A stretch of DNA of 64,000 nucleotides, from positions 431,317 to 495,316 of the forward strand of contig CAVOJZ010000002.1 in the NCBI GenBank assembly GCA_963696395.1, read 5' to 3'. This DNA is from an uncultured bacterium. Lineage in GTDB: Bacteria; Patescibacteriota; Minisyncoccia; UBA6257; 2-01-FULL-56-20. The notes beneath the pieces were generated by a model that did not search any database, was not told the DNA's origin, and saw nothing but the letters and a program-made list of their open reading frames with translations. Shown in pieces: positions 26,289-35,753 of the stretch. The translations under genes and the position numbers were made by a program. Position 1 is the first letter of the stretch. Every line of letters begins with the position of its first letter.

Positions 26289-27224
26289 CTAAAAAAGCGG
26301 CGTTTGGGCGTTTTTTGGCTTCGGCTCCTTCTTTGGCTTTATCTCCTTCTTTTCCGGTTCGGCTTGCCCTAAAAGGCGCTTGATTAAAGTGCCAAATCCC
26401 ATCGTTTGAAAATAAAGCGCAATAGCGGAGGTCGCTTCGTGCGGCACCAATTCCGCCAATGGCGGAATTTCGATCGGAACGTGCCGTTCGAGCGTGACGA
26501 GCTCTTCGGAAAGTTCGGCCTCTTTTTTGAAAGCGCCGAACCGCGCAACGAGCTTTGGATCTTCATGGAGCTTTTCGAACATTTTTTTTACCGTTCCGAA
26601 ACGCTTAACAAGATCGACCGCCGTTTTCGGTCCAATCCCCGGCACTCCTTTGATATTGTCCGACGTGTCACCGACAAGCGCCTTGTAGTCAATCATTTGA
26701 TCCGGCGCGAGCCCATATTTTTCAATAACCGCTTTTTCGTTATAGATGGTTGTGTCGCTCACTCCTTTATTAAAAGTTTGCACGACAACGTGATCGCCTT
26801 CCACGATCTGTAACGTGTCACGGTCGCCGGTCAGGATAACCACCTGCACGTCTTTTTCTTTTTTAAAGGTTTCGGCGAATGTCGCGATAAGATCATCGGC
26901 TTCGTAGCCGGGCTTTTCAAATGTCTTCACATTAAAAACATTAAAAAGATTGTGGGCTTCTATGATCTGTGAAATAAGTTCGCTCGCTGCGGGCGGGCGT
27001 TGCGCTTTATACTCCTTATATTTCTCGTCGCGAAAGGTTGGTTCCGGCCGATCGAAGAGCGCCGCAACATAATCCGGCTTCTCCTCCCGCCATAATTTGA
27101 GCAGCACGCTCGCGATTCCGTAGATTGCGCCGCTCGGTGCACCGCCGGGCGCGGTGAGCGGCGGCAGAGCGTGAAACGATCGGTGAATGATTGAATTCGC
27201 GTCGATGAGCAAGAGGCGCTTCAT
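26289..27224 (-). CDS. Stand-alone 5'-3' exonuclease (PolA N-terminal domain)
   Basis: LIDANSIIHRSFHALPPL, YKAQR, YEADD, GDTSDNIKGVPGIGPKTA; no polymerase domain. Confidence 0.93.
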   Translation of the reverse strand: MKRLLLIDANSIIHRSFHALPPLTAPGGAPSGAIYGIASVLLKLWREEKPDYVAALFDRPEPTFRDEKYKEYKAQRPPAASELISQIIEAHNLFNVFNVKTFEKPGYEADDLIATFAETFKKEKDVQVVILTGDRDTLQIVEGDHVVVQTFNKGVSDTTIYNEKAVIEKYGLAPDQMIDYKALVGDTSDNIKGVPGIGPKTAVDLVKRFGTVKKMFEKLHEDPKLVARFGAFKKEAELSEELVTLERHVPIEIPPLAELVPHEATSAIALYFQTMGFGTLIKRLLGQAEPEKKEIKPKKEPKPKNAQTPLF

Positions 27225-27688
27225 TATTTTTTAATAATTATTTTCCGTTCGTTCTCTTTCTCCCCGTGCAAGAACGAAACCCATGGTGTTTTTTTGGGGA
27301 TGACGCCTTTTATCCGCTCCGGCCATTCGATAAGAATAACATTCTGCGGATCACCAAAAATATCCCTGATGCCAAGAGTCTTCATCTGCGAAGCCTTCTT
27401 GAGCCGATAGGCGTCAATGTGGAAAACATTTTTAAACGGCCGCGCCGGAAGAGAAAGTACATGGCGCCGCATAATAATAAACGTGGGGCTTTGCGCCCGC
27501 TTTTTAAGACCGAGACCGCGCAAAAAACCCTGGACAAAGGTGGTCTTGCCCGCCCCAAGATCACCCCTGAGGGCGATTATTGCGGCGGCACCCTTTCGGC
27601 TCTGTCTGTGTTTTTTGATGACATCTAAAGCCAAGGCGTTACCGAGCGCCTGCGTTTGCTCCGCTGATAAACTGTGAAATGTCTTCAT
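27224..27688 (-). CDS. tsaE: tRNA threonylcarbamoyladenosine biosynthesis ATPase
   Basis: GDLGAGKTT, SPTF, HIDAYRL, IEWPE. Confidence 0.95.
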   Translation of the reverse strand: MKTFHSLSAEQTQALGNALALDVIKKHRQSRKGAAAIIALRGDLGAGKTTFVQGFLRGLGLKKRAQSPTFIIMRRHVLSLPARPFKNVFHIDAYRLKKASQMKTLGIRDIFGDPQNVILIEWPERIKGVIPKKTPWVSFLHGEKENERKIIIKK

Positions 27689-28232
27689 TGTTGTGAATGA
27701 TATGCGCCGTGGCGGCTCCGAGCACCGCAACGAAGCCGATGAGCAAACTCAGAAATTGGAACGCTCCGGGCAACGGTTCGAGCGGAGTGCCGGGCAAAAA
27801 ATGATTGGCCGCCACCGCAGTATCAATCATTTCGTTTTTTGCTCCCGGCGTTGGATCTACAAAGGCGAAATGCTGCGTGTCTTCGCTCCCGTAATCCACA
27901 CGGGAAAAACTTTTTGCTATCGGCGCCGCTCCGACAAATGCCGCCTCATCAACCACGGCGCCATTCGAACCATATAACCATAATCCACCGTCGTTGTTTT
28001 TTAAAGAGATCTTTGCTTCCCCTTTTTTAATGACAAAATATCCTCCGGCTCCGATGCGACCATTCAAAAAGATTTTTTTTGCTTTTCCGCCGGTCCAGAG
28101 AGCCCAGCCGTTCAGGGAAACCGCCGAATCACCCATGTTTACGAGTTCGACAAATTCAATATTCCAGCCGCAATTCGTTTTGCAATTATCGTTGCCGGTT
28201 GGATTTGGAAGCCATTCGTTGATATAGACCAT
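27639..28232 (-). CDS. Lamin-tail-domain protein with a C-terminal TM anchor
   Basis: VYINEWLPNPTG...EFVELVN, LKNNDG, PTPGAKN. Confidence 0.8.
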   Translation of the reverse strand: MVYINEWLPNPTGNDNCKTNCGWNIEFVELVNMGDSAVSLNGWALWTGGKAKKIFLNGRIGAGGYFVIKKGEAKISLKNNDGGLWLYGSNGAVVDEAAFVGAAPIAKSFSRVDYGSEDTQHFAFVDPTPGAKNEMIDTAVAANHFLPGTPLEPLPGAFQFLSLLIGFVAVLGAATAHIIHNNEDISQFISGANAGAR

Positions 28233-28295
28233 TAACCCACCCTACGCGGTTGGGATTAAATAATTATAAAAGGCGGCTCGTGCGCCGCATGAGGT

Positions 28296-29297
28296 TTAAA
28301 GCAGCTCCCCTTCGTCGCGAATCTTCAGATGCTTATATGCGGCGGGCAGAACCACGCGCCCCGCCGACGAGCGCTGGAGAAATCCAAGCGTCATTAAAAA
28401 CGGTTCGTAAATATCTTCGATAACGCCCTTATCTTCGGATAATGCCGCGGCGAGCGTGTTGATCCCGACAGGACCGCCGCGGAATTTTTCGATGATGGTC
28501 ATAAGAAGCCTCCTGTCTTGCGGTTCAAGGCCCACGTTATCGATTTCGAGCATCTCAAGGGTTTTTTGTGCTGCGGGAACGTCCACGACGGATGTGCCGT
28601 GTACCTCGGCAAAATCGCGGGCGCGCCGCAGGAGACGATTTGCAACGCGCGGGGTGCCGCGCGCGGCGCGCGACAAAACTTCAATCGCTTCGGGTGTTGC
28701 CGTGACGCCCAGAATGGTGGCTGACCGCGTTAATATTTTTTTAATATCCTCGAGGTCGTAATAATTCAACCTGAGCGTCGCGCCGAACCGCGACCGCAAC
28801 GGCTGGGACAGCAGGTTTTCGCGCGTGGTTGCAGCAATAAGCGTGAAGGGTGGCAAATCCAAGGACAACGTCCGCGCCGAAGGTCCCTTCCCGACGACAA
28901 GATGCAGCTTCCGCGATTCCATCGCTGGATAAAGCACTTCTTCAATCATCGGATTCACGCGATGCGCCTCATCGATGAAAAGAATTTCGCCGGGACTGAG
29001 GTTGGTGAGGATCGCGGCGAGGTCGCCTGTTTTTTCAAGCGCGGGTCCGGATGTTGTTTTGATAAGTCCGCCGAGTTCGCGGGCGACAAGATAAGCAAGC
29101 GTTGTTTTGCCAAGTCCGGCAGGTCCGGAAAATAACAAATGGTCAGCGACCTCTTTGCGCTTTTTTGCCGCCTCAAGAATAACCTTGAGATTGTCTTTGA
29201 TTTTCTGCTGACCGACATACTCGTCCCATTCGGTCGGCCGAAGGGTGAGGTCGATGTTCTGGTCTTCGTTTTGGGGATTTGCAGGGCTTTTTTTCAT
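28296..29297 (-). CDS. ruvB: Holliday junction branch migration helicase RuvB
   Basis: LRPTEWDEYVGQ, GPAGLGKTT, LFIDEAH, RGTPRVANRLLRR. Confidence 0.97.
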   Translation of the reverse strand: MKKSPANPQNEDQNIDLTLRPTEWDEYVGQQKIKDNLKVILEAAKKRKEVADHLLFSGPAGLGKTTLAYLVARELGGLIKTTSGPALEKTGDLAAILTNLSPGEILFIDEAHRVNPMIEEVLYPAMESRKLHLVVGKGPSARTLSLDLPPFTLIAATTRENLLSQPLRSRFGATLRLNYYDLEDIKKILTRSATILGVTATPEAIEVLSRAARGTPRVANRLLRRARDFAEVHGTSVVDVPAAQKTLEMLEIDNVGLEPQDRRLLMTIIEKFRGGPVGINTLAAALSEDKGVIEDIYEPFLMTLGFLQRSSAGRVVLPAAYKHLKIRDEGELL

Positions 29298-29332
29298 AAA
29301 AATCGGCACATTCCGCGGCCCTTCCCGGCTAC

Positions 29333-29361
29333 TTGACAAGAAATATATTGTATGCTATCAT
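29333..29361 (+). promoter_or_regulatory. Near-consensus sigma70 promoter
   Basis: TTGACA-17-TATCAT with extended TG; no ORF downstream. Confidence 0.7.
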
Positions 29362-29367
29362 TTCTCT

Positions 29368-29549
29368 TGTTGATGAGTAGCTGATTTAAATCTGGGGGCG
29401 GGAATTATTTCTAAACCTTCCAGGACGAACCGGTTTCGGCTGGTTCTATCCTTTGAGTAATTCTAGTCCCTTTTGTCTTTCGATAAAAGGGTTTTTATCC
29501 TTTCGCGAGGAATTGCCCCCAGGTTTAAATTTACTACTCTTTCAAGCAG
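29368..29549 (+). ncRNA. Candidate ~180-nt structured ncRNA (6S-like or novel)
   Basis: Long closing helix (29375-29399 with 29515-29539) and internal hairpins including a UUCG-capped one, with G-U pairs favouring the + strand. Confidence 0.6.
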
Positions 29550-31226
29550 TCACCACTCAATTTCCCCTGTAACGCTCGACACCTCGTCGAGCGTTGTTGT
29601 TCCAAGAAGCACCTTCAGGATCCCGTCCTGCTGCATCGAAACCATCTCCTGTTTTTGCGCCACTTCGCGGAGAGACACCTCCGACGCTTCCTTTAAAATC
29701 GTTCTTTCAAGATCCGAACCGCCCTGTAAAAATTCAAAAATTCCAATCCTGCCCCGATAGCCCAGGCCATTGCACTGCGCGCAACCAACGGCCTTATATA
29801 GTTCATACGCCTGATATTGCTTTTTGTCTACCTTAGCAGGCAACCGGCTCAAGAAATTTTTTATTTTTTTATCGAGCGCGGGGTCGACCTCCGCCTTTAT
29901 CTTACATTCTTTGCATAAAACTCTTACAAGCCGCTGGGCGATAACAAGCGTCAACGCCGGTCCGATACTCACGGCCTTCACGCCCAAATTAATAAGCCGA
30001 GGCACGGCGCCCACGGCATCGTTTGTGTGTAATGTTGAAAGCACGAGGTGACCGGTCAACGCCGCCTGCAAAGCAATGTCCGCGGTTTCAAGATCGCGAA
30101 CCTCGCCGACGAGAATAACGTCGGGATCCTGTCGCACGATTGCCCGCAACCCGTTTGCAAAAGTATACCCGGATTGATCGGCGACCTGTGTCTGTTCGAT
30201 TCCCTCGATGCGATATTCGATTGGATCTTCAAGGGTGATAATTTTGATTTCCGGATTGTTGATGGTTCTCAAAAATGCGTAGAGTGTTGTCGTTTTCCCG
30301 GAGCCGGTCGGCCCGGTGTTTAAAATAAGCCCGTTTGGCCGGCCGAGCCCGTTTTTTACAATCTCAAGCGAGTCCGGTCGCAAGCCTAGTTCTGCAAGCC
30401 CGACCGTGGTCGCCGAAGGATCAAGAATTCTCATCACGATCGTTTCGCCGAACTCTGCCGGAATAACCGAGACGCGCATTTCCACTTCTTTTTCCCCGAG
30501 TGCAATGGTGAATCTCCCGTCCTGCGCAATATCTCGGATATTAATTTTCATCCCGGAAAGCAACTTGATGCGGGAAATAAAAGATTGATAGATCGGAAGC
30601 GGCAGGTCGTCGAAGATATCGTGCAGGATGCCGTCGATTCGAAAACGAATTTTTGCTTTTTTTTCTTCGGCCTCGGTATGAATATCGGACGCCCGCATTC
30701 CCATGGCGCCGGCGAGCATAACCTCGATGAGCGTCACCGGTGAAAGTTTTTTGATATCGCTCGCGGCAATTTCCTTGTGGATTGCGTCGAGCGTTGTGAG
30801 CCGGACCCGAAGCGCTTCCAGTCGCTCCTTTGCAATTTTTACCGTTCCCGTAATGACATCCGCCTCCGGCTTGATAAATTGATAAAAGTGCCACGCCGAC
30901 TCCAGGCTTGTGGGAGAAATAACAATAACCTTAACCTCATATTTTTTTGCCGCTAGATCGTCGATTAATTTTTTTGTCGCCGGAAGAGCTGGATTGACAG
31001 CACCGAGCGCCAGGCGGCTTCCCTTAATTTCTATCGCCGCCGCTTTTGCATTCCGGGAATCTTCTTCGGGAATAATGCGGACTGCATCAAGTGAGACCGG
31101 GGTTTTTGCAAGGTCGGTATAGGTGAGGCCCAGTTGTGTGGCGAGCCTCTCCGCGGCCCGCTCTTCGCCATCCCGGTGAAGCCTCTTCAGCCGCTCAAGC
31201 AATTCATTTGGCTGTAAATCGTGCAT
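29550..31226 (-). CDS. pilB: Type IV pilus / T2SS assembly ATPase (GspE/PilB family)
   Basis: RASDIH, QDGRF, GPTGSGKTTT, EDPIEY, RQDPD, LTGHLVLSTLHTN and a tetracysteine motif. Confidence 0.9.
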   Translation of the reverse strand: MHDLQPNELLERLKRLHRDGEERAAERLATQLGLTYTDLAKTPVSLDAVRIIPEEDSRNAKAAAIEIKGSRLALGAVNPALPATKKLIDDLAAKKYEVKVIVISPTSLESAWHFYQFIKPEADVITGTVKIAKERLEALRVRLTTLDAIHKEIAASDIKKLSPVTLIEVMLAGAMGMRASDIHTEAEEKKAKIRFRIDGILHDIFDDLPLPIYQSFISRIKLLSGMKINIRDIAQDGRFTIALGEKEVEMRVSVIPAEFGETIVMRILDPSATTVGLAELGLRPDSLEIVKNGLGRPNGLILNTGPTGSGKTTTLYAFLRTINNPEIKIITLEDPIEYRIEGIEQTQVADQSGYTFANGLRAIVRQDPDVILVGEVRDLETADIALQAALTGHLVLSTLHTNDAVGAVPRLINLGVKAVSIGPALTLVIAQRLVRVLCKECKIKAEVDPALDKKIKNFLSRLPAKVDKKQYQAYELYKAVGCAQCNGLGYRGRIGIFEFLQGGSDLERTILKEASEVSLREVAQKQEMVSMQQDGILKVLLGTTTLDEVSSVTGEIEW

Positions 31227-31269
31227 TGTTATCATTGTAGCCCCAAAAGGGCACTATTTTCGAGTGGTA

Positions 31270-31316
31270 TTGACAAACTGGCAAGTTTTATGCTAAAATA
31301 TATCTGTTCTTTGAAA
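31270..31316 (+). promoter_or_regulatory. Strong promoter with a boxA-like sequence
   Basis: TTGACA-18-TAAAAT with extended TG, then TGTTCTTTGAAA. Confidence 0.55.
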
Positions 31317-31363
31317 CATCGAATTCTATGGAAGGCGCCCCTTGCGGCGCGGAGGAAAAAGGT

Positions 31364-32080
31364 ATGAACGATCATTGCGCTAGCGCATGGAAGATTGTCC
31401 GCTTTCTGATCTTATTCACCGTTTCGTCTCCGGGCTTTCTGTCGATAGCGGCAGCCGGAAAAATCGTGCACTACGAAAAAGGCTCTCAAAAGGCATCACG
31501 TCCGGATTTCTCAAGAGCGGTTGTCTGCCTGGATATGCCAGGAGATTCTGTTCCGAGAATGTTGTCTCGTCTGAGAAGCCTCGGAGACGGCCCGCAAGAT
31601 TTTTCGGAACCAGGACAACCCTGCGACACGAGTGGTCCGTATATTCGAATTTATCCGATGGCTCAAAACCAAGGCGCGGTCAGCGGGGCGGGCTGGTCAT
31701 CGGGTTATGGATCTCGAGGCGGTTACTCCAGTTATGGATCCTTCTCTGGTAATCTCTACACGGTCCAGGTAAATGTTGATCTCGTGCGACCTGGCGATTC
31801 AACAATTACGCTTGGTTCCGCGCAAGTTACGACACAAGCCGGATATGGTAGCGAATCGATTTCCAGTTATGGCTGGCGTGGTGGCAGCACGTTTGCATCG
31901 CAGGGTGTGACGCCAGAGCGCGCAGCGCTCAAGTCAGCTCTTAATGCTTGCGGAATCCGCTTGTTCAATCACGGCAACTGGATCAAGAAAGCAATCCGTC
32001 AATTATGGTATTGCGACGTTACCATCACGTGGATCCCGGGCGCGAATGAAACCGTTCAAGTTGCCTATGCAAAGAAGTGA
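31364..32080 (+). CDS. Secreted hypothetical protein, possibly CsgG/HfaB-like fold
   Basis: GGAGG SD, signal peptide, Gly/Ser/Tyr-rich beta segments, VQVNVDLVRPG and a C-terminal helix. Confidence 0.6.
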   Translation: MNDHCASAWKIVRFLILFTVSSPGFLSIAAAGKIVHYEKGSQKASRPDFSRAVVCLDMPGDSVPRMLSRLRSLGDGPQDFSEPGQPCDTSGPYIRIYPMAQNQGAVSGAGWSSGYGSRGGYSSYGSFSGNLYTVQVNVDLVRPGDSTITLGSAQVTTQAGYGSESISSYGWRGGSTFASQGVTPERAALKSALNACGIRLFNHGNWIKKAIRQLWYCDVTITWIPGANETVQVAYAKK

Positions 32081-32100
32081 TCTTGTTTTCCCTCCTGGAA

Positions 32101-32143
32101 CCCCGGGCGCACATGTTTCAATGTGCACCTGGGGCTTTTTTTT
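32101..32143 (+). terminator. Intrinsic terminator
   Basis: CCCCGGGCGCACAT/ATGTGCACCTGGGG stem plus T8. Confidence 0.75.
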
Positions 32144-32183
32144 ATTTGCGGCGGGGCTATAATGCAAGCAATATCAATTTATT

Positions 32184-32717
32184 ATGTCAGGACATTCGCA
32201 CTGGGCGGGAATTAAACACAAAAAAGAAATCACCGACCAGAAACGGGCCAAGGTTTTTTCGAAATTATTGAAAGCCATTTCCGCGGCGGCAAAAACCGAA
32301 CCGAATCCCGACTTCAATCCGCGCCTCAGAACTGCAATCGCAACGGCAAGAGCCGCAAGCGTACCGGCGGACAACATCGAACGAGCCGTCAAAAAAGCCG
32401 CCGAAACCGGAAATTTGGATGAGTTGCTTTTTGAAGCATATGGTCCCGGCGGCTCGGCCATCATCGTGGAGGCTCTATCCGACAGCCGGAATCGTACCGT
32501 GCAGGAAATTAAAACAATTCTTAAAGAGCACAACGGCAAGTGGGCGGAGTCCGGCAGCGTACAGTGGGCTTTTGAAAAGACCCACGACGGTTGGAACGCA
32601 AAGTTTCCGCAGGACGTTGCGGATGGCGACAAGGGTCAGGTTATAAAACTCCTCGAATCGCTCGAGGAAAACGACGACGTGCAGAATGTCTACACCAATG
32701 CGAACCTCAGCGACTGA
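32184..32717 (+). CDS. yebC: YebC/PmpR family protein (short form)
   Basis: MSGHSHWAGIKHKK, NPRLR, EAYGPGG, LEENDDVQNVYTN. Confidence 0.92.
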   Translation: MSGHSHWAGIKHKKEITDQKRAKVFSKLLKAISAAAKTEPNPDFNPRLRTAIATARAASVPADNIERAVKKAAETGNLDELLFEAYGPGGSAIIVEALSDSRNRTVQEIKTILKEHNGKWAESGSVQWAFEKTHDGWNAKFPQDVADGDKGQVIKLLESLEENDDVQNVYTNANLSD

Positions 32718-32758
32718 TTTTAATAGAAATTTAATGCGCCCTTTTGTAGTATAAAAAC

Positions 32759-33241
32759 ATGATTGCGATCGGCATTGATCCGGGAACACGCCGGGTTGGA
32801 TATGGCGTTATCCTCCAGGAGCAGAGCGAAGCAATCTTTGTTGCGGCCGGGATTCTCGAAATTAAAAGCATGGATGACGTCGGGGCTCTTTTTGAAATAA
32901 AGAAAGGCGTTGATGCACTCATTAACAAACACAAGCCGGACGTATTGGCGATTGAAAAACTTTTCTTCGCAAAGAACCAAAAAACTGCGCTTGCCGTTGC
33001 GCAAGCCCGCGGCGTGATATTGCTTGCGGCAAGAGAAAAAAACGTGCGCCTTAGGGAATATTCCCCGAATGAGGTTAAAATCGGCGTCACGGGTTATGGT
33101 GCGGCGGATAAAAAAGCGGTGCTCAAAATGGTCCAGCTTATCCTGAAACAACCGGGCATGAAGATGATTGATGACGCAAGTGATGCGCTTGCGCTTGCAA
33201 TCCTCGCGGCCGGGGACCGACTTATCCACACGAGCAATTGA
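32759..33241 (+). CDS. ruvC: Crossover junction endodeoxyribonuclease RuvC
   Basis: GIDPG, AIEKLFF, QARGV, GYGAADK, DDASDALALA. Confidence 0.96.
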   Translation: MIAIGIDPGTRRVGYGVILQEQSEAIFVAAGILEIKSMDDVGALFEIKKGVDALINKHKPDVLAIEKLFFAKNQKTALAVAQARGVILLAAREKNVRLREYSPNEVKIGVTGYGAADKKAVLKMVQLILKQPGMKMIDDASDALALAILAAGDRLIHTSN

Positions 33242-33306
33242 CACACATCCATACTTCTCTATACTGATTCTAAAATTTATTGAAAGGTCGTTAATAATGG
33301 TTCACT

Positions 33307-33492
33307 ATGGCGACAGAATTATTTAAACTAACGCTCGCATTCCGTGGCTTGAGCGATGAAGACGCAGAAGAGCCGGGAGTTGAGGATCCTGACACGCTCG
33401 ACGACGAAGACGAGGATGAAGATGAGGAGGACGACGCCGACACGGCTACGGCTCCTCCGGATGACGACGCGGACTCAATGCTTGAGGGATAG
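33307..33492 (+). CDS. Small highly acidic protein (61 aa)
   Basis: Own TTGACA-16-TATACT promoter (33238-33265) and a terminator at 33506-33538. Confidence 0.65.
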   Translation: MATELFKLTLAFRGLSDEDAEEPGVEDPDTLDDEDEDEDEEDDADTATAPPDDDADSMLEG

Positions 33493-33505
33493 CTTATTAC
33501 CTTTC

Positions 33506-33538
33506 AAAAAAACAATGCTTTTTAGGCGTTGTTTTTTT
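33506..33538 (+). terminator. Intrinsic terminator
   Basis: AAAAAACAATGC/GCGTTGTTTTTT stem with U-tract. Confidence 0.6.
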
Positions 33539-33585
33539 GTTCTTATCGAAAAAGCGAGGTAAAATAAGTATTAACACTTACGCAG

Positions 33586-35751
33586 ATGTACTCGTCCGAA
33601 AAACCAAAAAGGAGCGCCTGGATCCGCATTATCGAGATTGCGGCCATTGTTGTTGCGGGCGCCGGAGGCATTGTTATCCTCGCCCTGCTTTATTTCGCCG
33701 CCACGGTCCCCACGATTCAGGAGATCGCGAGTCAGCAGATCAGCCAGTCCACAAAAATCTATGACCGCACGGGAACGGTTCTGCTCTACCAAATCAGCAA
33801 CGGCCCCAGCCGAACGATTGTTCCGTTTGACCAAATTCCACAATCCCTCAAAGATGCCACCGTCGAGCTGGAGGATGAAAATTTTTATAACGAGCCTGCG
33901 TTCGACTGGAAGGGCACCCTCCGAGCGTTTCTCACGGACATCGTTCACCACTCATTCGTTGAAGGAGGGTCTACTATCACCCAACAGTTAACCCGCACGG
34001 CGTTTCTAACGCTCGACCAAACACTCACGAGAAAGCTCAAAGAATTTGTTTTGGCCGTAAAGCTGAATAATTATTATTCGAAAGACCAGATTCTCGATTT
34101 GTATTTGAACGAGGTCCCGTACGGTCCGAATATTTCCGGGGTTGAAACCGCAAGCGAGGCGTATTTTAATATTCCGATCACGCAAATTAATATTGCGCAG
34201 GCGGCCCTTCTCGCTTCGTTGCCGCAGGCACCTTCATATTATTCGCCATGGGGCACCCACACCGACGAACTTATTGCGCGCCAAAAATTTACCCTGCAAA
34301 AGATGTACGCGAGCGGCAAAATAACGAAGCAGCAACTCACCGACGCCTTGAATTATAAAATAACGTTCCAGCCCCAATCGGCGAGTGGTGTGGGCTCCGG
34401 GATTAAGGCTCCGCATTTTGTAATGGCTGTTGAACAATATCTTTACCAAAAATACGGCGAAGCGATGGTTGACCGTGGTGGATTGAAAGTTGTGACAACG
34501 TTGAACTGGGACATGCAACAGGCAGCCGAGGCGGCGGTCACCGCGGGAGTTGCCCGAGATAAACAGCTATACAACTCAAGCAACGGCGCCTTGGTTGCAC
34601 AGGATCCCACAACGGGCCAGGTGCTCGCACTCGTAGGATCGGCAAATTATTTCGACACCTCCAATGATGGCAACTTTGATGTGGCGACTCAGGGATTGCG
34701 CCAACCAGGATCCTCACTGAAGCCTTTCGTCTATATGACAGGCTTCCAAATTGGATACACGCCCGACACCATTCTGTTTGACGTGCCAACCGAATTCAGC
34801 ACCGATCCATCATGTCCGACGATACCAAATTTCGATAAAATAAATGCAAAGTGTTTTCACCCGCAGGATTTTGAAGGAACGTTCGCCGGCCCAATGACGG
34901 TGCGTGCGGCTCTCGCACAGTCGGTGAATGTGCCTGCTGTTGAAATGTTATATCTGGTCGGAGAACAAAACGCCCTTAAAAATGTTTCGAATTTTGGCGT
35001 CACCACCCTGAGCGATCCGAACCAATACGGTCTTTCGCTCGTGCTTGGAGGTGGAGCAGTACATCTTATCGATCTCACGGAAGCCTATTCGGTGCTTGCC
35101 GATGAGGGCGTAAAACATGCACAATCCATGGTTTTATCAGTGCAGGACGGCAACGGGAACACGCTTGAATCCTATGCCGATTCGACAAGCACGGTGGCCG
35201 ACGCGCAGTCGGTGCGTCTCGTAAACGATATCCTCTCCGACCCGAGCGCACGCGCCCCTCTCTTCGGCGGGAGCCAGAGCCTAACGGTTTTCCCCGGCTA
35301 TGACGTAGCGCTCAAAACGGGCACCTCAAACGACTTTCGTGATGCATGGGCAATGGGATACACTCCGTCGCTTGTGGTGGGCGTATGGGCCGGCAATAAC
35401 GACAACACGCCAATGACCCGACAGGGGTCCAGTATTTTGGCAGCCGTACCGATGTGGAGTGCCTTCCTCCAACAGGCACTCCCCATGGTTCCCAATGAAA
35501 CATTCACGCCGCCCGATCCTCCTTCAGAGCCAAAACCGATTCTCGCGGGCCAATCGGTTGTAAACGGGCAGATGCACACAATTTTATATTACGTAGTTAA
35601 AGACAATCCGACGGGTCCTCCGCCAGCAGATCCGAGCACGGATCCCCAATATCACAACTGGGAAACAGACCTCCAGGTTTGGCTTGCAGAAAATCCGCAG
35701 GTTTTCCAACCTGCGGCAGCCTCAAGCAGTGCAAGCAGCACTCAAGGGTAG
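33586..35751 (+). CDS. Class A penicillin-binding protein (transglycosylase/transpeptidase)
   Basis: EDENFY, GGSTITQQL, RKLKE, SxxK (SSLK), SxN (SVN) and KTGT. Confidence 0.95.
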   Translation: MYSSEKPKRSAWIRIIEIAAIVVAGAGGIVILALLYFAATVPTIQEIASQQISQSTKIYDRTGTVLLYQISNGPSRTIVPFDQIPQSLKDATVELEDENFYNEPAFDWKGTLRAFLTDIVHHSFVEGGSTITQQLTRTAFLTLDQTLTRKLKEFVLAVKLNNYYSKDQILDLYLNEVPYGPNISGVETASEAYFNIPITQINIAQAALLASLPQAPSYYSPWGTHTDELIARQKFTLQKMYASGKITKQQLTDALNYKITFQPQSASGVGSGIKAPHFVMAVEQYLYQKYGEAMVDRGGLKVVTTLNWDMQQAAEAAVTAGVARDKQLYNSSNGALVAQDPTTGQVLALVGSANYFDTSNDGNFDVATQGLRQPGSSLKPFVYMTGFQIGYTPDTILFDVPTEFSTDPSCPTIPNFDKINAKCFHPQDFEGTFAGPMTVRAALAQSVNVPAVEMLYLVGEQNALKNVSNFGVTTLSDPNQYGLSLVLGGGAVHLIDLTEAYSVLADEGVKHAQSMVLSVQDGNGNTLESYADSTSTVADAQSVRLVNDILSDPSARAPLFGGSQSLTVFPGYDVALKTGTSNDFRDAWAMGYTPSLVVGVWAGNNDNTPMTRQGSSILAAVPMWSAFLQQALPMVPNETFTPPDPPSEPKPILAGQSVVNGQMHTILYYVVKDNPTGPPPADPSTDPQYHNWETDLQVWLAENPQVFQPAAASSSASSTQG

Positions 35752-35753
35752 AT

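Noticed and set aside
21517-33241. Dispersed ruvA, ruvB and ruvC, split polA and short yebC as novelty
   Set aside because: Consistent with ordinary gene-order scrambling and streamlining in reduced genomes
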